A stretch of DNA of 64,000 bases from Alphaproteobacteria bacterium (GCA_965216755.1 CBDCGL010000011.1:2400001-2464000), one strand, 5' to 3'. Positions 1 through 11,067 are shown, counted from the stretch's first letter. Made by a program: numbers and translations. Notes: generated by a model from the sequence alone, not told the origin.

Positions 1-1089
1 AAGATGCGTGTGTTGACCTATGACCCGTTCTTATCGGCGGACCGCGCCGAAGACTTGAATGTCGAAAAGGTGGAATTGGACGAGTTGTTGGCCCGCGCCG
101 ACTTCATCAGCTTGCACACGCCGCTGACCGATACCACGCGGGGCATTCTTGATGCCACGGCATTGAAAAAGACCAAGCCGGGGGTACGCATTGTCAACTG
201 CGCGCGCGGCGGCCTGGTCGTCGAACAAGACCTGCGCGCGGCAATCGAGTCAGGACAGGTCGCCGGCGCCGCGTTTGATGTATTTTCGGCTGAGCCAGCC
301 AAGGACAATCCGTTGTTTGGGCTCGAACAGGTCGTGGCGACGCCCCATCTCGGCGCCTCGACCAGTGAGGCACAAGAAAAAGTCGCCGTCGAAGTGGCCG
401 AGCAAATTGCGGACTATCTGCTCGACGGCACCGTCACCAATGCCCTCAATATCCCCTCAGTGAATGCCGAAGAAGCGCAAAAGCTCCGCCCTTATATGGC
501 ATTGGCCGAGCAATTGGGCCGGTTCGCCGGGCAAATCACGGAATCGGGTTTGCGCAAAGTGTCGGTCGAGTATGAGGGCCACGCGGCAACTCTCAATACC
601 CGTCCTTTGACAGCCGTCGTTTTGCAGGGCCTGCTGAGTCCATTGATGGAATCGGTCAACATGGTCAATGCGCCGCTGGTCGCGCAAGAGCGCGATATTG
701 ACGTGACCGATAGTAAGAGTACGCGACCGTGCGACTATCACACCCTGATCCGGCTTACGGTGACCACCGAAGCGCGCACGCGCGATGTGGCCGGGACGCT
801 GTTTGGCAATAGGCCGCGGATCACACACATCAAAGGCATGGAGATTGAAGCCGAGCTTGGCCCGCACATGCTGTTCGTCACCAACAATGATCGCCCCGGC
901 TTAATCGGCGATTTGGGTCACGCGCTAGGCGATGCCGGCATAAACATTGCGACGTTTCACCTGGGACGCACCGGGCGCGGCGCCGAGGCGATCGCACTGG
1001 TCGAAGTCGACCAGGTTATCGAAGACGATTTGCTTCAGAAAGTGGCGGCGCTGCCCAATGTCATCCGGGTCAAGTCACTGACGTTCTGA
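1..1089 (+). CDS. serA: D-3-phosphoglycerate dehydrogenase (5' end outside window)
   Basis: ISLHTP, NCARGG, FDVF and TPHLGAST motifs; C-terminal ACT domain (NNDRPGLIG); upstream of hisZ-purA. Confidence 0.95.
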   Translation, partial: KMRVLTYDPFLSADRAEDLNVEKVELDELLARADFISLHTPLTDTTRGILDATALKKTKPGVRIVNCARGGLVVEQDLRAAIESGQVAGAAFDVFSAEPAKDNPLFGLEQVVATPHLGASTSEAQEKVAVEVAEQIADYLLDGTVTNALNIPSVNAEEAQKLRPYMALAEQLGRFAGQITESGLRKVSVEYEGHAATLNTRPLTAVVLQGLLSPLMESVNMVNAPLVAQERDIDVTDSKSTRPCDYHTLIRLTVTTEARTRDVAGTLFGNRPRITHIKGMEIEAELGPHMLFVTNNDRPGLIGDLGHALGDAGINIATFHLGRTGRGAEAIALVEVDQVIEDDLLQKVAALPNVIRVKSLTF

Positions 1090-1121
1090 GCGACACGGAT
1101 ATTCAAGCGAAACGACGCATC

Positions 1122-2270
1122 ATGGACGAAACCGCGAAACGCGCCTTGCTCCCAGCTGGTTTGGGCGACTTGCTGCCCCCCGATGGCGATCGCGAGGAAT
1201 TGCTGACCCGCCGATTGGTGGACTGCTTTCGCAGTTTTGGTTACGAACGCGTCAAGCCACCGATGGTCGAGTTCGAGGATAGTCTACTCGACGGCGTCGG
1301 CGCGATCGTGACCGAGCAGACGTTCCGTCTGATGGATCCGATCTCGCAACGGATGATGGGCTTGCGCGCCGACATTACGCCGCAGATCGCGCGCATCGCG
1401 GCCACCCGGTTGAAGAGTGCGCCACGCCCGCTCAGGCTCAGCTATGCGGGCGAAGTCATGCGGGTCAAAGGCGATCAATTGCAGCCGGAGCGTCAGTTCC
1501 GCCAGGTTGGCGTCGAACTGATCGGCGCCGCCAAGGCCGCCATGGGCGACGCCGAAGTGATATTGTTGGCGGCACGGGCGTTGGGCAGCATCGACATTGC
1601 ACCCTTGTCGGTTGATATCAATGCACCGACCCTGGCCGCCAGCGTGTGCACGGAATTGGCCGTGCCCGACCATCAGCGCGACGCACTGTTGGCGGCACTT
1701 GACCGAAAGGACGCCGCCGCATTGGCCGGTATAGACAGTCCGGCGGCGGAAAAGCTGGGCCAGTTGTTGGCCACCGTGGGCCCAGCGGCGACGGCCACTA
1801 CGGCCCTCGCAAGAATCAAGCTGCCCGGTGAATCCGCTGCCTTGGCACAGCGACTGATCGAGGTGGTTGAATTGGTCACCGATTTCGCGCCGACCCTGGG
1901 CCTCACTGTGGATCCTGTCGAAAGTCGAGGCTTCGCCTATCACACCGGGATCAGTTTTACTCTGTTGGCCCCGGGCTATCGCAACGAACTTGGATCCGGC
2001 GGCCGCTACTTGACGGCGGATGGCGAGCCGGCCACGGGGTTCACGCTTTTCATGCATAACCTGCAGCGTGCTTCGCCGGTGACGATGCTGACAAAACGCA
2101 TCTTCCTGCCCCTCGGCACAGACGGTGCCACGCGCCAACAACTTTGCGGCGACGGCTGGACTACGGTCATGGGTCTGGTCGCCGCCAGCGATGATATCGC
2201 CGAAGCCGCGCGTTTGCGCTGCAGCCATGTCTGGCAAGACGGCGTCATTGTTCCGGTTAACGACACTTAG
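1122..2270 (+). CDS. hisZ: ATP phosphoribosyltransferase regulatory subunit
   Basis: HisRS-like LRADITPQIAR, RQFRQVGVELIG and GGRY; directly upstream of purA. Confidence 0.92.
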   Translation: MDETAKRALLPAGLGDLLPPDGDREELLTRRLVDCFRSFGYERVKPPMVEFEDSLLDGVGAIVTEQTFRLMDPISQRMMGLRADITPQIARIAATRLKSAPRPLRLSYAGEVMRVKGDQLQPERQFRQVGVELIGAAKAAMGDAEVILLAARALGSIDIAPLSVDINAPTLAASVCTELAVPDHQRDALLAALDRKDAAALAGIDSPAAEKLGQLLATVGPAATATTALARIKLPGESAALAQRLIEVVELVTDFAPTLGLTVDPVESRGFAYHTGISFTLLAPGYRNELGSGGRYLTADGEPATGFTLFMHNLQRASPVTMLTKRIFLPLGTDGATRQQLCGDGWTTVMGLVAASDDIAEAARLRCSHVWQDGVIVPVNDT

Positions 2271-2290
2271 GGTCAAAGGCCTGACACAAC

Positions 2291-3583
2291 ATGGCGAATG
2301 TCGCTGTAATTGGCGCCCAATGGGGCGACGAAGGCAAGGGAAAGATTGTCGACTGGCTGTCGCATCGGGCCGATATCGTGGTTCGTTTCCAGGGTGGCCA
2401 CAATGCCGGTCATACGCTGGTCGTTGACGGTGAGACCTACAAACTGAGCCTACTACCCTCTGGCACGGTGCGTCCTGGCAAAATGTCGATGATCGGCAAT
2501 GGCGTCGTGATTGACCCGTGGGCGCTGATCGAAGAAATAGACCGGCTGGCGGAACAAGGGGTCAAGGTCACCCCCGAGACCCTGCGGATCGCCGAAAATG
2601 CCTGTTTGATCTTGCCGTTCCACGGCGAGCTGGATCGCGCCCGCGAGGGCGCGCGAGATGGCCAGCGGATCGGCACGACAGGGCGTGGCATTGGGCCGGC
2701 CTACGAAGACAAGATCGGGCGCCGTGCAGTGAGACTGTGCGACCTGGCCGACGCCACCACGTTGCAGCACCGCGTTGCGCAAACCCTTGCCCATCACAAC
2801 CTGTTACGCGCCGGGCACGGTTTGAGCGCCGTCGATGGCGATGCGCTGTGCGCCGCTCTGACCCAGATCGCACCCCGTTTGCTGCCGCATATGGACCGCG
2901 TCTGGCAATGCCTGGACCAGGCTCGCCGCGAGGGAAAGCGTATCTTGTTCGAAGGCGCGCAGGGCGCCATGCTCGACGTCGACCACGGAACTTACCCTTA
3001 CGTCACCTCGTCGAACACCATTGCCGCCGCCGCCGCCGCGGGGTCAGGGGTCGGACCCGGCGCGGTCGGTTACGTGCTTGGGATCACCAAGGCCTACACA
3101 ACCCGGGTCGGCTCGGGTCCGTTTCCGACCGAGCAGCCCAATGATATCGGGCGCACACTTGGCGAACGCGGGCACGAGTTCGGCACGGTGACCGGGCGTC
3201 AGCGTCGCTGTGGCTGGTTCGACGCCGTCATGGTGCGTCAAGCTGTGCGCATCGGTGGCATTGATGGCATCGCGCTGACCAAGCTGGATGTGTTGGACGG
3301 CTTTGAGACCATCAATGTCTGTACCCACTATGAGTGTGATGGTGAAACGCTCGACCATCTGCCCGCCTCCGGCCGGTTGCAGGCCGGCGTGACGCCGGTA
3401 TACGAACAGTTTGAGGGCTGGCGCGACAGCACCAGAGGCGCGCGCAGCTGGGCCGAATTGCCGGCCACCGCGGTCAAGTATATCCGGCGCTTGGAGGAGC
3501 TTATCGAGACCCCGGTGGCGCTCTTGTCGACCAGCCCCGAGCGCGAGGACACGGTCTTGGTGCGCGATCCCTTCGCCGACTGA
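2291..3583 (+). CDS. purA: Adenylosuccinate synthetase
   Basis: [35 protein letters not shown]. Confidence 0.98.
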   Translation: MANVAVIGAQWGDEGKGKIVDWLSHRADIVVRFQGGHNAGHTLVVDGETYKLSLLPSGTVRPGKMSMIGNGVVIDPWALIEEIDRLAEQGVKVTPETLRIAENACLILPFHGELDRAREGARDGQRIGTTGRGIGPAYEDKIGRRAVRLCDLADATTLQHRVAQTLAHHNLLRAGHGLSAVDGDALCAALTQIAPRLLPHMDRVWQCLDQARREGKRILFEGAQGAMLDVDHGTYPYVTSSNTIAAAAAAGSGVGPGAVGYVLGITKAYTTRVGSGPFPTEQPNDIGRTLGERGHEFGTVTGRQRRCGWFDAVMVRQAVRIGGIDGIALTKLDVLDGFETINVCTHYECDGETLDHLPASGRLQAGVTPVYEQFEGWRDSTRGARSWAELPATAVKYIRRLEELIETPVALLSTSPEREDTVLVRDPFAD

Positions 3584-3746
3584 TCCCATGGTACCATGTT
3601 ACCGCACCGCGCCGTTTGCGGCGATGTTGCGGTCAGGCAGACCGACCGCCCGATAGCCGGTTACCCACGCTGGTCGGTCAGACCGATCGTACTATGCTTG
3701 CATAGTATGCACGCGCCCTTCACGCAGACGGCAACGGTCGGATTGC

Positions 3747-5774
3747 ATGGCCATAGGTGACTCCGCCCCGGTGACCGAAGACGCAGCGGCGGACGGGCCA
3801 ATTCGGCTGGAACCGAAAGGCCGATTGCCCGACCTGGATCAGCCGGACGCCTTGGGCTTTGCCATCAAGACCACGACAGAAACGCAGCGGTCAAAATTCG
3901 CACTGGTTTGCGATATGTGGGGCTTGCCGCGGGTGCGCCGTATCAACCGCGCGCACAATCTCGATCACCCGAACCTTCTCAAATTTGAGGGCGCGAGTGT
4001 GGTCACGCTGCCCGGCAGCGGCGGGCGTCGTTTCGCCCTGTTGTATCAGCGGCCAAAGGGGAAGCGGCTGGCCCTTCCCGAGAAGGGAGTCACGACGCGG
4101 CTTGACCCAACCGAAATCATCGACGATGTGATTCTCCCGGTCGCGCGGGCCCTCGGCGCGCTGCACAAGACAGGCGTTGTGCACGGTGCGGTGCGTCCTG
4201 AAAACATGTACTACCAAACCAGCCAAGGCCGCGGCGTGATCCTGGGCGATTGGCTGACTGCGCCACCCGGGCGCTATCAAACAGCGGCGGCCGTCCCAAT
4301 TGAGATGACAACCGCCGACGCCCCGGCCCGTGGCGCGGGCGGTCCGGCAGTCGATTACTACGCGCTCGGCGTTGCGGCCATGACGCTATATTTGGGCCAA
4401 GATCCTGGGCGCGGGCGAGCGCCACAAGAGCTACTGGAAGCAAAACTCGCGCGCGGATCATTCGCCGCCCTCGCCGACCATGACAAGATCCCGCGCTCGT
4501 TGGCGGCCTACCTCGAAGGGCTATTGGCGGACGATCCGAAAATGCGCTGGGAAGAAAGTGCGGTCCAGCGCGGCCAAGGCATCGCCACATTGCCCCCCAG
4601 TGGTAGCCGCGTGGTCTATCCCGCGCAGCGACCGTTCAGTTTCGCCGGCGCAAACTTTGATAACCGCCAAAAACTTGCGCACGCTTTTGCCGAGAACAAT
4701 TCGGATGCCGCTACGGAAATTCGCTCGGGCAGCGTTGCCGAATGGCTGCGCTCCGTGCTCGGCGATCGCAAGGCTGCCGAGCAGCTGGACGACGCGAGCT
4801 TTACCAACGAGCCGCGTGAATTGCGGCGCACCGCCGAACCTGAGGTCCTCGTGGCCCGCGCAATTCAGATCTTGGACCCGAAGGGCCCGATTCGTTTTCG
4901 CGGTTTGAGTCTTACCTTGGACGGCATCGGCCCGGCGCTCGCCGACGCCGTTTCACGCGAGGACAATGCCACGGCAGAGCATATCGTCGCGATGCTGGCG
5001 CGGGGCATCCATATTGCGTGGATGGACCGCAATGCCGAGGACCTGACGCGCTTTGACAAGCAGCGATTGTACTGGAAGGCGGTACAATCGAACGCCCTAC
5101 GCACCGAGCCCGGTTTTGGTATCGAACGCTGTTTGTACGATATGAACCCGACGTTATCGTGTCGCACACCAATTCTTGCCGAGCAATACATTAACAATGT
5201 GAGTGAACTGATTCCCGCATTGGAACTCCTTTATGCGGGTGGCAGCAACGCGAGCGATCCGGTCGATCGCCATTTCGCCGGATTTGTCGCCTGTCGGCTT
5301 AAGTTAGCGACAAGTTCCGACCTGTCCGACCTACAACAAAACAGCCTGCAACCAGCCCGCCGGCAATGCGCCGTTCTAAATCTCCTAGCTACGCTGCATG
5401 CCGACTTCGGCAGCCCCAAAGTGCCCAATTTGGCGAAATATGTCGCGGATCATCTGTCTGATGCGCTGGACGAATTCCATAACCGCGCCATACGGCAGGA
5501 CCTCACCGACCGGGTCAAACGCGCCGCCAAAGCCGGCAATTTGACGTTAATGGCGCGCATTTTGAATGATAAGAGTTTGCGCACCGCCGATAGTCGCGCG
5601 TTTAGACGCGCGCGCGTGCAATACGCGGCCAACAAGAACCGTCTCGACCAGTTGCGCGACCGCGGCGCCATTTACCTTGCCGCCATTCGCGCCATGGGCT
5701 ATCGCCTGTCGGAAATCATGGCTTTGAGCGTGCTTGGCGTCGCGGTCGCGCTGGCTATCGTGTCACATAGCTAA
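3747..5774 (+). CDS. Protein-kinase-fold protein (probably degenerate) with C-terminal membrane anchor
   Basis: LDHPNL, VVHGAVRPEN (catalytic-loop position), LGDW (DFG position), DYYALG; hydrophobic C-terminus. Confidence 0.6.
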   Translation: MAIGDSAPVTEDAAADGPIRLEPKGRLPDLDQPDALGFAIKTTTETQRSKFALVCDMWGLPRVRRINRAHNLDHPNLLKFEGASVVTLPGSGGRRFALLYQRPKGKRLALPEKGVTTRLDPTEIIDDVILPVARALGALHKTGVVHGAVRPENMYYQTSQGRGVILGDWLTAPPGRYQTAAAVPIEMTTADAPARGAGGPAVDYYALGVAAMTLYLGQDPGRGRAPQELLEAKLARGSFAALADHDKIPRSLAAYLEGLLADDPKMRWEESAVQRGQGIATLPPSGSRVVYPAQRPFSFAGANFDNRQKLAHAFAENNSDAATEIRSGSVAEWLRSVLGDRKAAEQLDDASFTNEPRELRRTAEPEVLVARAIQILDPKGPIRFRGLSLTLDGIGPALADAVSREDNATAEHIVAMLARGIHIAWMDRNAEDLTRFDKQRLYWKAVQSNALRTEPGFGIERCLYDMNPTLSCRTPILAEQYINNVSELIPALELLYAGGSNASDPVDRHFAGFVACRLKLATSSDLSDLQQNSLQPARRQCAVLNLLATLHADFGSPKVPNLAKYVADHLSDALDEFHNRAIRQDLTDRVKRAAKAGNLTLMARILNDKSLRTADSRAFRRARVQYAANKNRLDQLRDRGAIYLAAIRAMGYRLSEIMALSVLGVAVALAIVSHS

Positions 5775-5969
5775 GCGTGACATGTCTGCGATCTGGCTGC
5801 GCGTTCAACCAGCATGTCGTGAAATTTCTCGAAAAATTGCACATAGCAATATTTGAGTAAGCACCTTGCCCTATTTTTTTTCAGGGTGCCCGTTTGGGCA
5901 TCCTGAAAGCGCGCGGGTGACAAGCGAGGCTGCCAGCCCCGCCCCAACGTCATTGATGGCCCTTTGACG

Positions 5970-6506
5970 ATGAGCACAGAGAAAAAGATCGACCAGTCAG
6001 AACAGTCGGTCACCAAGTTGTACGGCACGCTCGCGTTGGGCTTAACACTCATTGCCCTTGCGGCCCTGATGCTGGTCGTCATGGCGCCGGCCTTGTGCAT
6101 CATCGGCTCAATCGGGATGTTTCCAACATTGGCCGCGGCAGTCATAGACGATAGCCCCGGAATGCGACAGACCCGCATCGTGGCGATCATGAATCTGGCC
6201 GGAACGATTCCGGTGATCGCCATGTCTTGGGAACACAGCCGGTCGCTGTCCAGCGCGTTGGAGATCATGACCGATCCGTTGGTTTGGTTGATGATGTACG
6301 GGGCGGCCGCAGGCGGTTGGGCGCTTCTGCGCATCGCGCCATGGTTCGCGGAAATCATTGTCAATATGCGGGTTGCCAACGATATTCGGCTACTCGAACA
6401 GGAACAAAAAAAGCTGGTTAGCGAATGGGGACGCCACGTCACAAGCACCGCGCTCAATCATCCGGCCGATGCAATTGTGCCAAGCGACGACGGCGCCAGC
6501 GAATAG
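5970..6506 (+). CDS. Hypothetical membrane protein
   Basis: Several hydrophobic segments; C-terminal EQKKLVSEWG. Confidence 0.65.
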   Translation: MSTEKKIDQSEQSVTKLYGTLALGLTLIALAALMLVVMAPALCIIGSIGMFPTLAAAVIDDSPGMRQTRIVAIMNLAGTIPVIAMSWEHSRSLSSALEIMTDPLVWLMMYGAAAGGWALLRIAPWFAEIIVNMRVANDIRLLEQEQKKLVSEWGRHVTSTALNHPADAIVPSDDGASE

Positions 6507-6596
6507 AGCGAAATCCGGCCATGGCGTACCGGCCCTGCCGGCGACCGTAGTCGCACCGCCGACAGCACGACCCCCGATCACCTAAAGATCAAACGA

Positions 6597-7520
6597 CTAC
6601 GGCCGATCAGCGAACGCCGCGGCGTCAGCGCGGCGTGCCGCGGCATCGGCCTCGATTTCCGTCGTCCGCGCCTGCATGGCCAGTTGCACTTTCTCGAAGG
6701 CCCGCACTTCCACTTGACGCACACGTTCACGGCTGATGCCGTAGTGCTGGCTCAATTCCTCAAGCGTCGATGGGTCTTCCTGCAGCCGGCGCGCCGACAA
6801 AATATGGCGTTCGCGCTCATTTAGATCTTCCATGGCTTCAACCAGCAGCACGCGACGTTGCTCGAGCTGTTCGACCTCGGCGTAACGGACTTCCTGGTCA
6901 ATGCCCGGATCAACCAACCAATCTTGCCATTCGCCATCGCCATCCACACGCAACGGCGCATTCAATGAATGGTCAGGCGCGGCCATGCGGCGGTTCATCG
7001 AGATGACTTCGTCCTCGGAAACGCCAAGGCGATCGGCGATCTCTCGCACAGTTTCCGGCGTCATGTCACCTTCGTCGATCGCCTGCAGTTGACCTTTCAG
7101 TTTGCGCAGATTGAAAAACAACTTCTTTTGCGCCGCCGTCGTGCCCATTTTGACCAGCGACCACGAGTGGAGAATGTATTCCTGAATGGCAGCGCGGATC
7201 CACCACATGGCATAGGTCGCGAGCCGGAAACCACGGTCCGGATCGAAGCGCCTGACCGCCTGCATCATGCCGACATTGCCTTCCGAAATCAGTTCGCTTA
7301 CCGGCATGCCATAACCCCGATAGCCCATGGCGATCTTGGCGACCAGACGCAAATGGCTGGTGACCAAACGATGGGCGGCGTCGGAGTCTTCGTGCTCGGC
7401 CCAGCGTTTCGCCAGCATGTATTCTTCCTCGGCGCTCAGCATTGGGAAGCGTCGGATCTGCTCGAGATATCCCGACAGACCGCCTTCGGAAGAAATCGTC
7501 GGAAATTTGGAAGATCTCAT
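6597..7520 (-). CDS. rpoH: RNA polymerase sigma-32 factor
   Basis: LVTSHLRLVAKIA, RpoH box QKKLFFNLR, ISRERVRQVE; rluD-rpoH synteny. Confidence 0.96.
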   Translation of the reverse strand: MRSSKFPTISSEGGLSGYLEQIRRFPMLSAEEEYMLAKRWAEHEDSDAAHRLVTSHLRLVAKIAMGYRGYGMPVSELISEGNVGMMQAVRRFDPDRGFRLATYAMWWIRAAIQEYILHSWSLVKMGTTAAQKKLFFNLRKLKGQLQAIDEGDMTPETVREIADRLGVSEDEVISMNRRMAAPDHSLNAPLRVDGDGEWQDWLVDPGIDQEVRYAEVEQLEQRRVLLVEAMEDLNERERHILSARRLQEDPSTLEELSQHYGISRERVRQVEVRAFEKVQLAMQARTTEIEADAAARRADAAAFADRP

Positions 7521-7660
7521 AATGTGGCTCCGGCCATGTGATCAGTAATATCACGCGAATTCAGTCGACGCTGAGAGAACAACGCCATGTCGTAGAATTC
7601 ATCTTGGCCATAGTTCTTCGTCGATAATGTGAGCGAACTTGGACAATAATGTGGCGGGCT

Positions 7661-8626
7661 TCACGAGTTCTCGATCGAGTTTATTAACTTATTGATATCG
7701 TGTGGCGTTTCTGATTCAAACTGTAACCAAGTCTTACAGATTGGGTGCTCAAATCCCAACAAATAAGCGTGAAGAGCCTGCCTCGACAGGTTGAAGAGCG
7801 GTTGTCCCTGGCGATCGCGCCCCGTGCCGCGCCTCTTGCTGCCATAGACCGGGTCGCCGATCACGGGGTGGCCGATCGATGCCAAATGGACGCGAATCTG
7901 GTGGGTGCGACCGGTCCCCAAATGGCAATTGACGATGCTGGCAATACCGTTTGCCAGCACACGTGTCAGAGCATAGGTCGTCCGCGCGGGCTTGCCGCCG
8001 GACTGGCTAACCGCCATGCGCTTGCGGTTGGTCTTGCTGCGCCCAATCGGCTTGTCAATCACGCCACGGGCCGGCGCCGGCACGCCGTGGACGACGGCAC
8101 GATAGGCGCGTTCGATGCTATGCGCAGCGAATTGCGCGGCCAAACCCTGATGCGCGCGATCGGTTTTGGCAGCGATCATGACACCACTTGTGTCCTTGTC
8201 GAGCCGATGGACAATCCCCGGGCGGCGAACGCCGCCGATACCAGACAAAGCGTCACCGCAATGGGCAAGCAGTGCGTTAACCAGCGTGCGATCTGGATTG
8301 CCCGGCGCCGGATGGACCACCATCCCAGCCGGTTTCTCGATGACAATCAGATCCGGATCCTCATACAGTATGGCCAACGACAGCGCTTCAGGCTGCGGTA
8401 TGGGATCGCGCGCCGGCGGCACCGTCACCGCGATCCGCGCGCCAGCCCTGGGCCGATATGAAGCATCCCTACGGGGCACGCCGTCGACCGTGACGGCACC
8501 ATCGGCAATCAAGACTTGAAGACGGGTCCTGGACAGTGCCGCTAGGGATGCGGCCAATATGCGGTCCAAGCGGCCACCGGCATCGCCCGCGGCAACCGTC
8601 ATCGTGTAGCGACTCGCGGTCACCAT
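7661..8626 (-). CDS. rluD: RluA/RluD-family 23S rRNA pseudouridine synthase
   Basis: S4-like N-terminus, KPAGMVVHP, HRLDKDTSG, GRTHQIRVH; start codon uncertain. Confidence 0.88.
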   Translation of the reverse strand: MVTASRYTMTVAAGDAGGRLDRILAASLAALSRTRLQVLIADGAVTVDGVPRRDASYRPRAGARIAVTVPPARDPIPQPEALSLAILYEDPDLIVIEKPAGMVVHPAPGNPDRTLVNALLAHCGDALSGIGGVRRPGIVHRLDKDTSGVMIAAKTDRAHQGLAAQFAAHSIERAYRAVVHGVPAPARGVIDKPIGRSKTNRKRMAVSQSGGKPARTTYALTRVLANGIASIVNCHLGTGRTHQIRVHLASIGHPVIGDPVYGSKRRGTGRDRQGQPLFNLSRQALHAYLLGFEHPICKTWLQFESETPHDINKLINSIENS

Positions 8627-8659
8627 GCGCGGCCAAAACAAATTTGACACGGAGCTGCC

Positions 8660-8968
8660 ATGAACATTCGGGCGCTCAAGATCCTAGTCAGTGTCATGGG
8701 CGTGATGATCATCGTGGGCGTCGTTGTGATCCTGGTCACGATCGTCAATAGAATCCAAGCCAAGGTTACCGTAGCCAAAGACACGCCGGCGGCGGTCTTT
8801 GGCTCCATCGACGTACCGGTCCCGGCCGGCACGCGCCTTCTTGGCGCCTCGGGCGACGGCGAGACACTGCTGCTGCAAGTTGAAGACACGGCAGGGCAAC
8901 GCGTCATCGTCATCGATCTCGGCACCGGCAGCGCGCGCGGCGCCGTGCGATTGGTTCCGATGCCATGA
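8660..8968 (+). CDS. Small hypothetical membrane-anchored protein
   Basis: N-terminal TM helix; GGAG RBS; ATGA overlap with next gene. Confidence 0.65.
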   Translation: MNIRALKILVSVMGVMIIVGVVVILVTIVNRIQAKVTVAKDTPAAVFGSIDVPVPAGTRLLGASGDGETLLLQVEDTAGQRVIVIDLGTGSARGAVRLVPMP

Positions 8969-9462
8969 TCAGCGCTACAGCCGCGGCGACGGTCATGATC
9001 GACGGTGCGATGCTGCACGCCATCGTCGAGCAAGCTGAAAACGCCTATCCAAACGAATGTTGCGGTCTGTTGGTCGGCCGTCAAGAGACCCCACCCCTAT
9101 GGCGCATCACGGCGCTGCATCCAAGCCCGAACCTGGCGACGCAACCACGCAAACGCTTCGAAGTGGACCCAGCATTGCGCCTGTCATTACAAAAACAAAC
9201 ACGTGCCGGCCCGGATCAGGTGATCGGCTTGTATCATTCGCATCCTGACAGTCCGGCACAACCGTCGGAAGCCGATCTGGCTATGGCCTGGGAGCCGGCT
9301 TTGCTGTGGCTGATTACCGCGGTGGCCGATGGTCAAGCGATCCACACCACGGCCCATCGGTTGATCAAAGAAGGCCGCCAATTCGCGCAGCTGTACCTTG
9401 TCACCAGCGACTGGAAACCGTATGCACGACGAACGCCGATAACCGGCGAAGGCTTGCCGTAG
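8965..9462 (+). CDS. Mov34/MPN/JAB (M67) metallopeptidase
   Basis: ECCGLL and JAMM motif YHSHP-x4-PS-x2-D. Confidence 0.88.
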   Translation: MISATAAATVMIDGAMLHAIVEQAENAYPNECCGLLVGRQETPPLWRITALHPSPNLATQPRKRFEVDPALRLSLQKQTRAGPDQVIGLYHSHPDSPAQPSEADLAMAWEPALLWLITAVADGQAIHTTAHRLIKEGRQFAQLYLVTSDWKPYARRTPITGEGLP

Positions 9463-9471
9463 GGATCAGGT

Positions 9472-10527
9472 ATGATCAATTTCCGCAGCGACAACGAGGC
9501 GCCTGTGGCGCCGGAAATCTTCGACGCCTTAACGCGCGCGAACGCGGGCACGGCCCCCGCCTATGGCGCCGACGCCGTGACCGCGCGCCTGGACGCGCAG
9601 TTCAGCGAGCTGTTCGAGACCGAGGTGACCGTGTTTCCCGTTGCCACCGGGACCGCCGCCAACGCCCTGTCGATCGCCCAGCTGTGTCCGCCCTACGGCG
9701 CCGTCTATTGCCATGCCGGCGCGCATATTCACGTCGATGAGTGTGGCGCGCCGGAGTTTTTCAGCGGCGGTGCCAAGCTAATGCCGTTGGCCAGCGCCGA
9801 CGGCAAGATGCCTGTGGCGGCCCTGCGCGATGCCTTGGACAGCTTTGGCGCCCATGGCGACCACGAGTCGCTGCCGGCGGTGTTGAGCCTCACCCAAGCG
9901 ACCGAGGCCGGCACGGTCTATAGCCTGGATCATGTCCGCGATCTGACCGCGTTGGCGCGGCGTCACCGCATGAACGTGCATATGGATGGCGCGCGCTTCG
10001 CCAATGCGCTGGTTCATTTGAAATGCGCGCCGGCGGACGTGACCTGGCGCGCCGGCGTCGATGTGCTGTCATTTGGGGCGACCAAAAACGGCGCCATGGC
10101 GGCGGAGGCGGTGGTGGTGTTTCGCCCCGAGCTGGTCGACGGCTTGGGTCGCCAGCGCATGCGCGGCGGTCATTTGTTCAGCAAGATGCGCTATTTGTCG
10201 GCCCAGCTTGAGGCCTATATCGCGGACGGGGTGTGGTTGGGGTTGGCGGCGCAGGCCAACCGCTCGGCATCGCGGTTGGCCGAGGGGATTTCGGCGTTGC
10301 CCGGCTGCCGACTGGTCAACCCACCGGCGGCCAATGAAGTGTTTGCGGTGCTGCCGGCGGTCGTACGCGACGGACTTGCGGCGGACGGATTTGCCTTTCA
10401 TCCATGGGCCGGCGAGCCCGGCACCGTGCGGCTGATCTGTTCTTACGCGACGACCGACGACCAAATTGATGAATTCTTGGCCCGGGCCCGGCACCATGTG
10501 AGCGCGCCCGTGCGCACGTCAGGTTGA
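9472..10527 (+). CDS. Low-specificity L-threonine aldolase (PLP)
   Basis: FRSDN, TGTAAN, HMDGARFANA, SFGATKNG. Confidence 0.9.
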   Translation: MINFRSDNEAPVAPEIFDALTRANAGTAPAYGADAVTARLDAQFSELFETEVTVFPVATGTAANALSIAQLCPPYGAVYCHAGAHIHVDECGAPEFFSGGAKLMPLASADGKMPVAALRDALDSFGAHGDHESLPAVLSLTQATEAGTVYSLDHVRDLTALARRHRMNVHMDGARFANALVHLKCAPADVTWRAGVDVLSFGATKNGAMAAEAVVVFRPELVDGLGRQRMRGGHLFSKMRYLSAQLEAYIADGVWLGLAAQANRSASRLAEGISALPGCRLVNPPAANEVFAVLPAVVRDGLAADGFAFHPWAGEPGTVRLICSYATTDDQIDEFLARARHHVSAPVRTSG

Positions 10528-10863
10528 AGAGGCTTCCGAGGCTTCGGTTTCGCGCTCCTGTGCCGCCGGTGTCTCAGTGACCAAGCGGCCTTTCTGGACA
10601 ATACCGGTGGCCTGGGCCGACATGTTTTTGCCACGTATGACCCTGACCGGCCGGGCGACACCACTTTTTCGAATGGCTTCGGCGGCAGATGTCGCCTGGA
10701 CCGGTACCGCGTTGGCGTCGTCGACGAAAACGAAATAGCGCACGTCATAGGTTTTTTCCGCCCACTCGCGCGCCGGAAAATCGACGTCGCGGAAACCGAC
10801 GCCGCGGCCGGCGCTGCGGCCGACCTTGCCCATGATGCTGATAGTTCGTTCGCCGTCGTTCAC
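10519..10863 (-). CDS. Hypothetical protein
   Basis: 114-aa ORF with GGAG upstream of a GTG start. Confidence 0.55.
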   Translation of the reverse strand: MNDGERTISIMGKVGRSAGRGVGFRDVDFPAREWAEKTYDVRYFVFVDDANAVPVQATSAAEAIRKSGVARPVRVIRGKNMSAQATGIVQKGRLVTETPAAQERETEASEASST

Positions 10864-10991
10864 GACAGGGCTCCTGCATTCTCTACAAAGATATAGCGCT
10901 GGCGGCGCACGTTGCTCGCTGGGGACGCATGGTATGTCGACGAATCCCCTTGAAGCCGCCGGCCCATACGCTTATCAATTTGGGGTGGCCC

Positions 10992-11067
10992 GTCCCCATC
11001 GTCTAGCGGCCTAGGACATCGCCCTCTCACGGCGAAAACGGGGGTTCGATTCCCCCTGGGGACGCCA
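10992..11067 (+). tRNA. tRNA-Glu (anticodon CTC)
   Basis: 76-nt cloverleaf GTCCCCA...TGGGGAC, anticodon loop CT-CTC-AC, TTCGA T-loop, encoded CCA. Confidence 0.96.
11051..11067 (+). repeat. attL core (tRNA 3' end)
   Basis: TCCCCCTGGGGACGCCA, identical to 25531-25547. Confidence 0.95.

Noticed and set aside
8965-9462. JAB peptidase as part of a CBASS or ubiquitin-like defence system
   Set aside because: Sits among housekeeping genes with no cyclase, E1/E2 or Ubl neighbours
10919-10928. CTGGGGACGC match to the tRNA 3' end upstream of the tRNA
   Set aside because: Only 10 bp and on the wrong side for an att duplication
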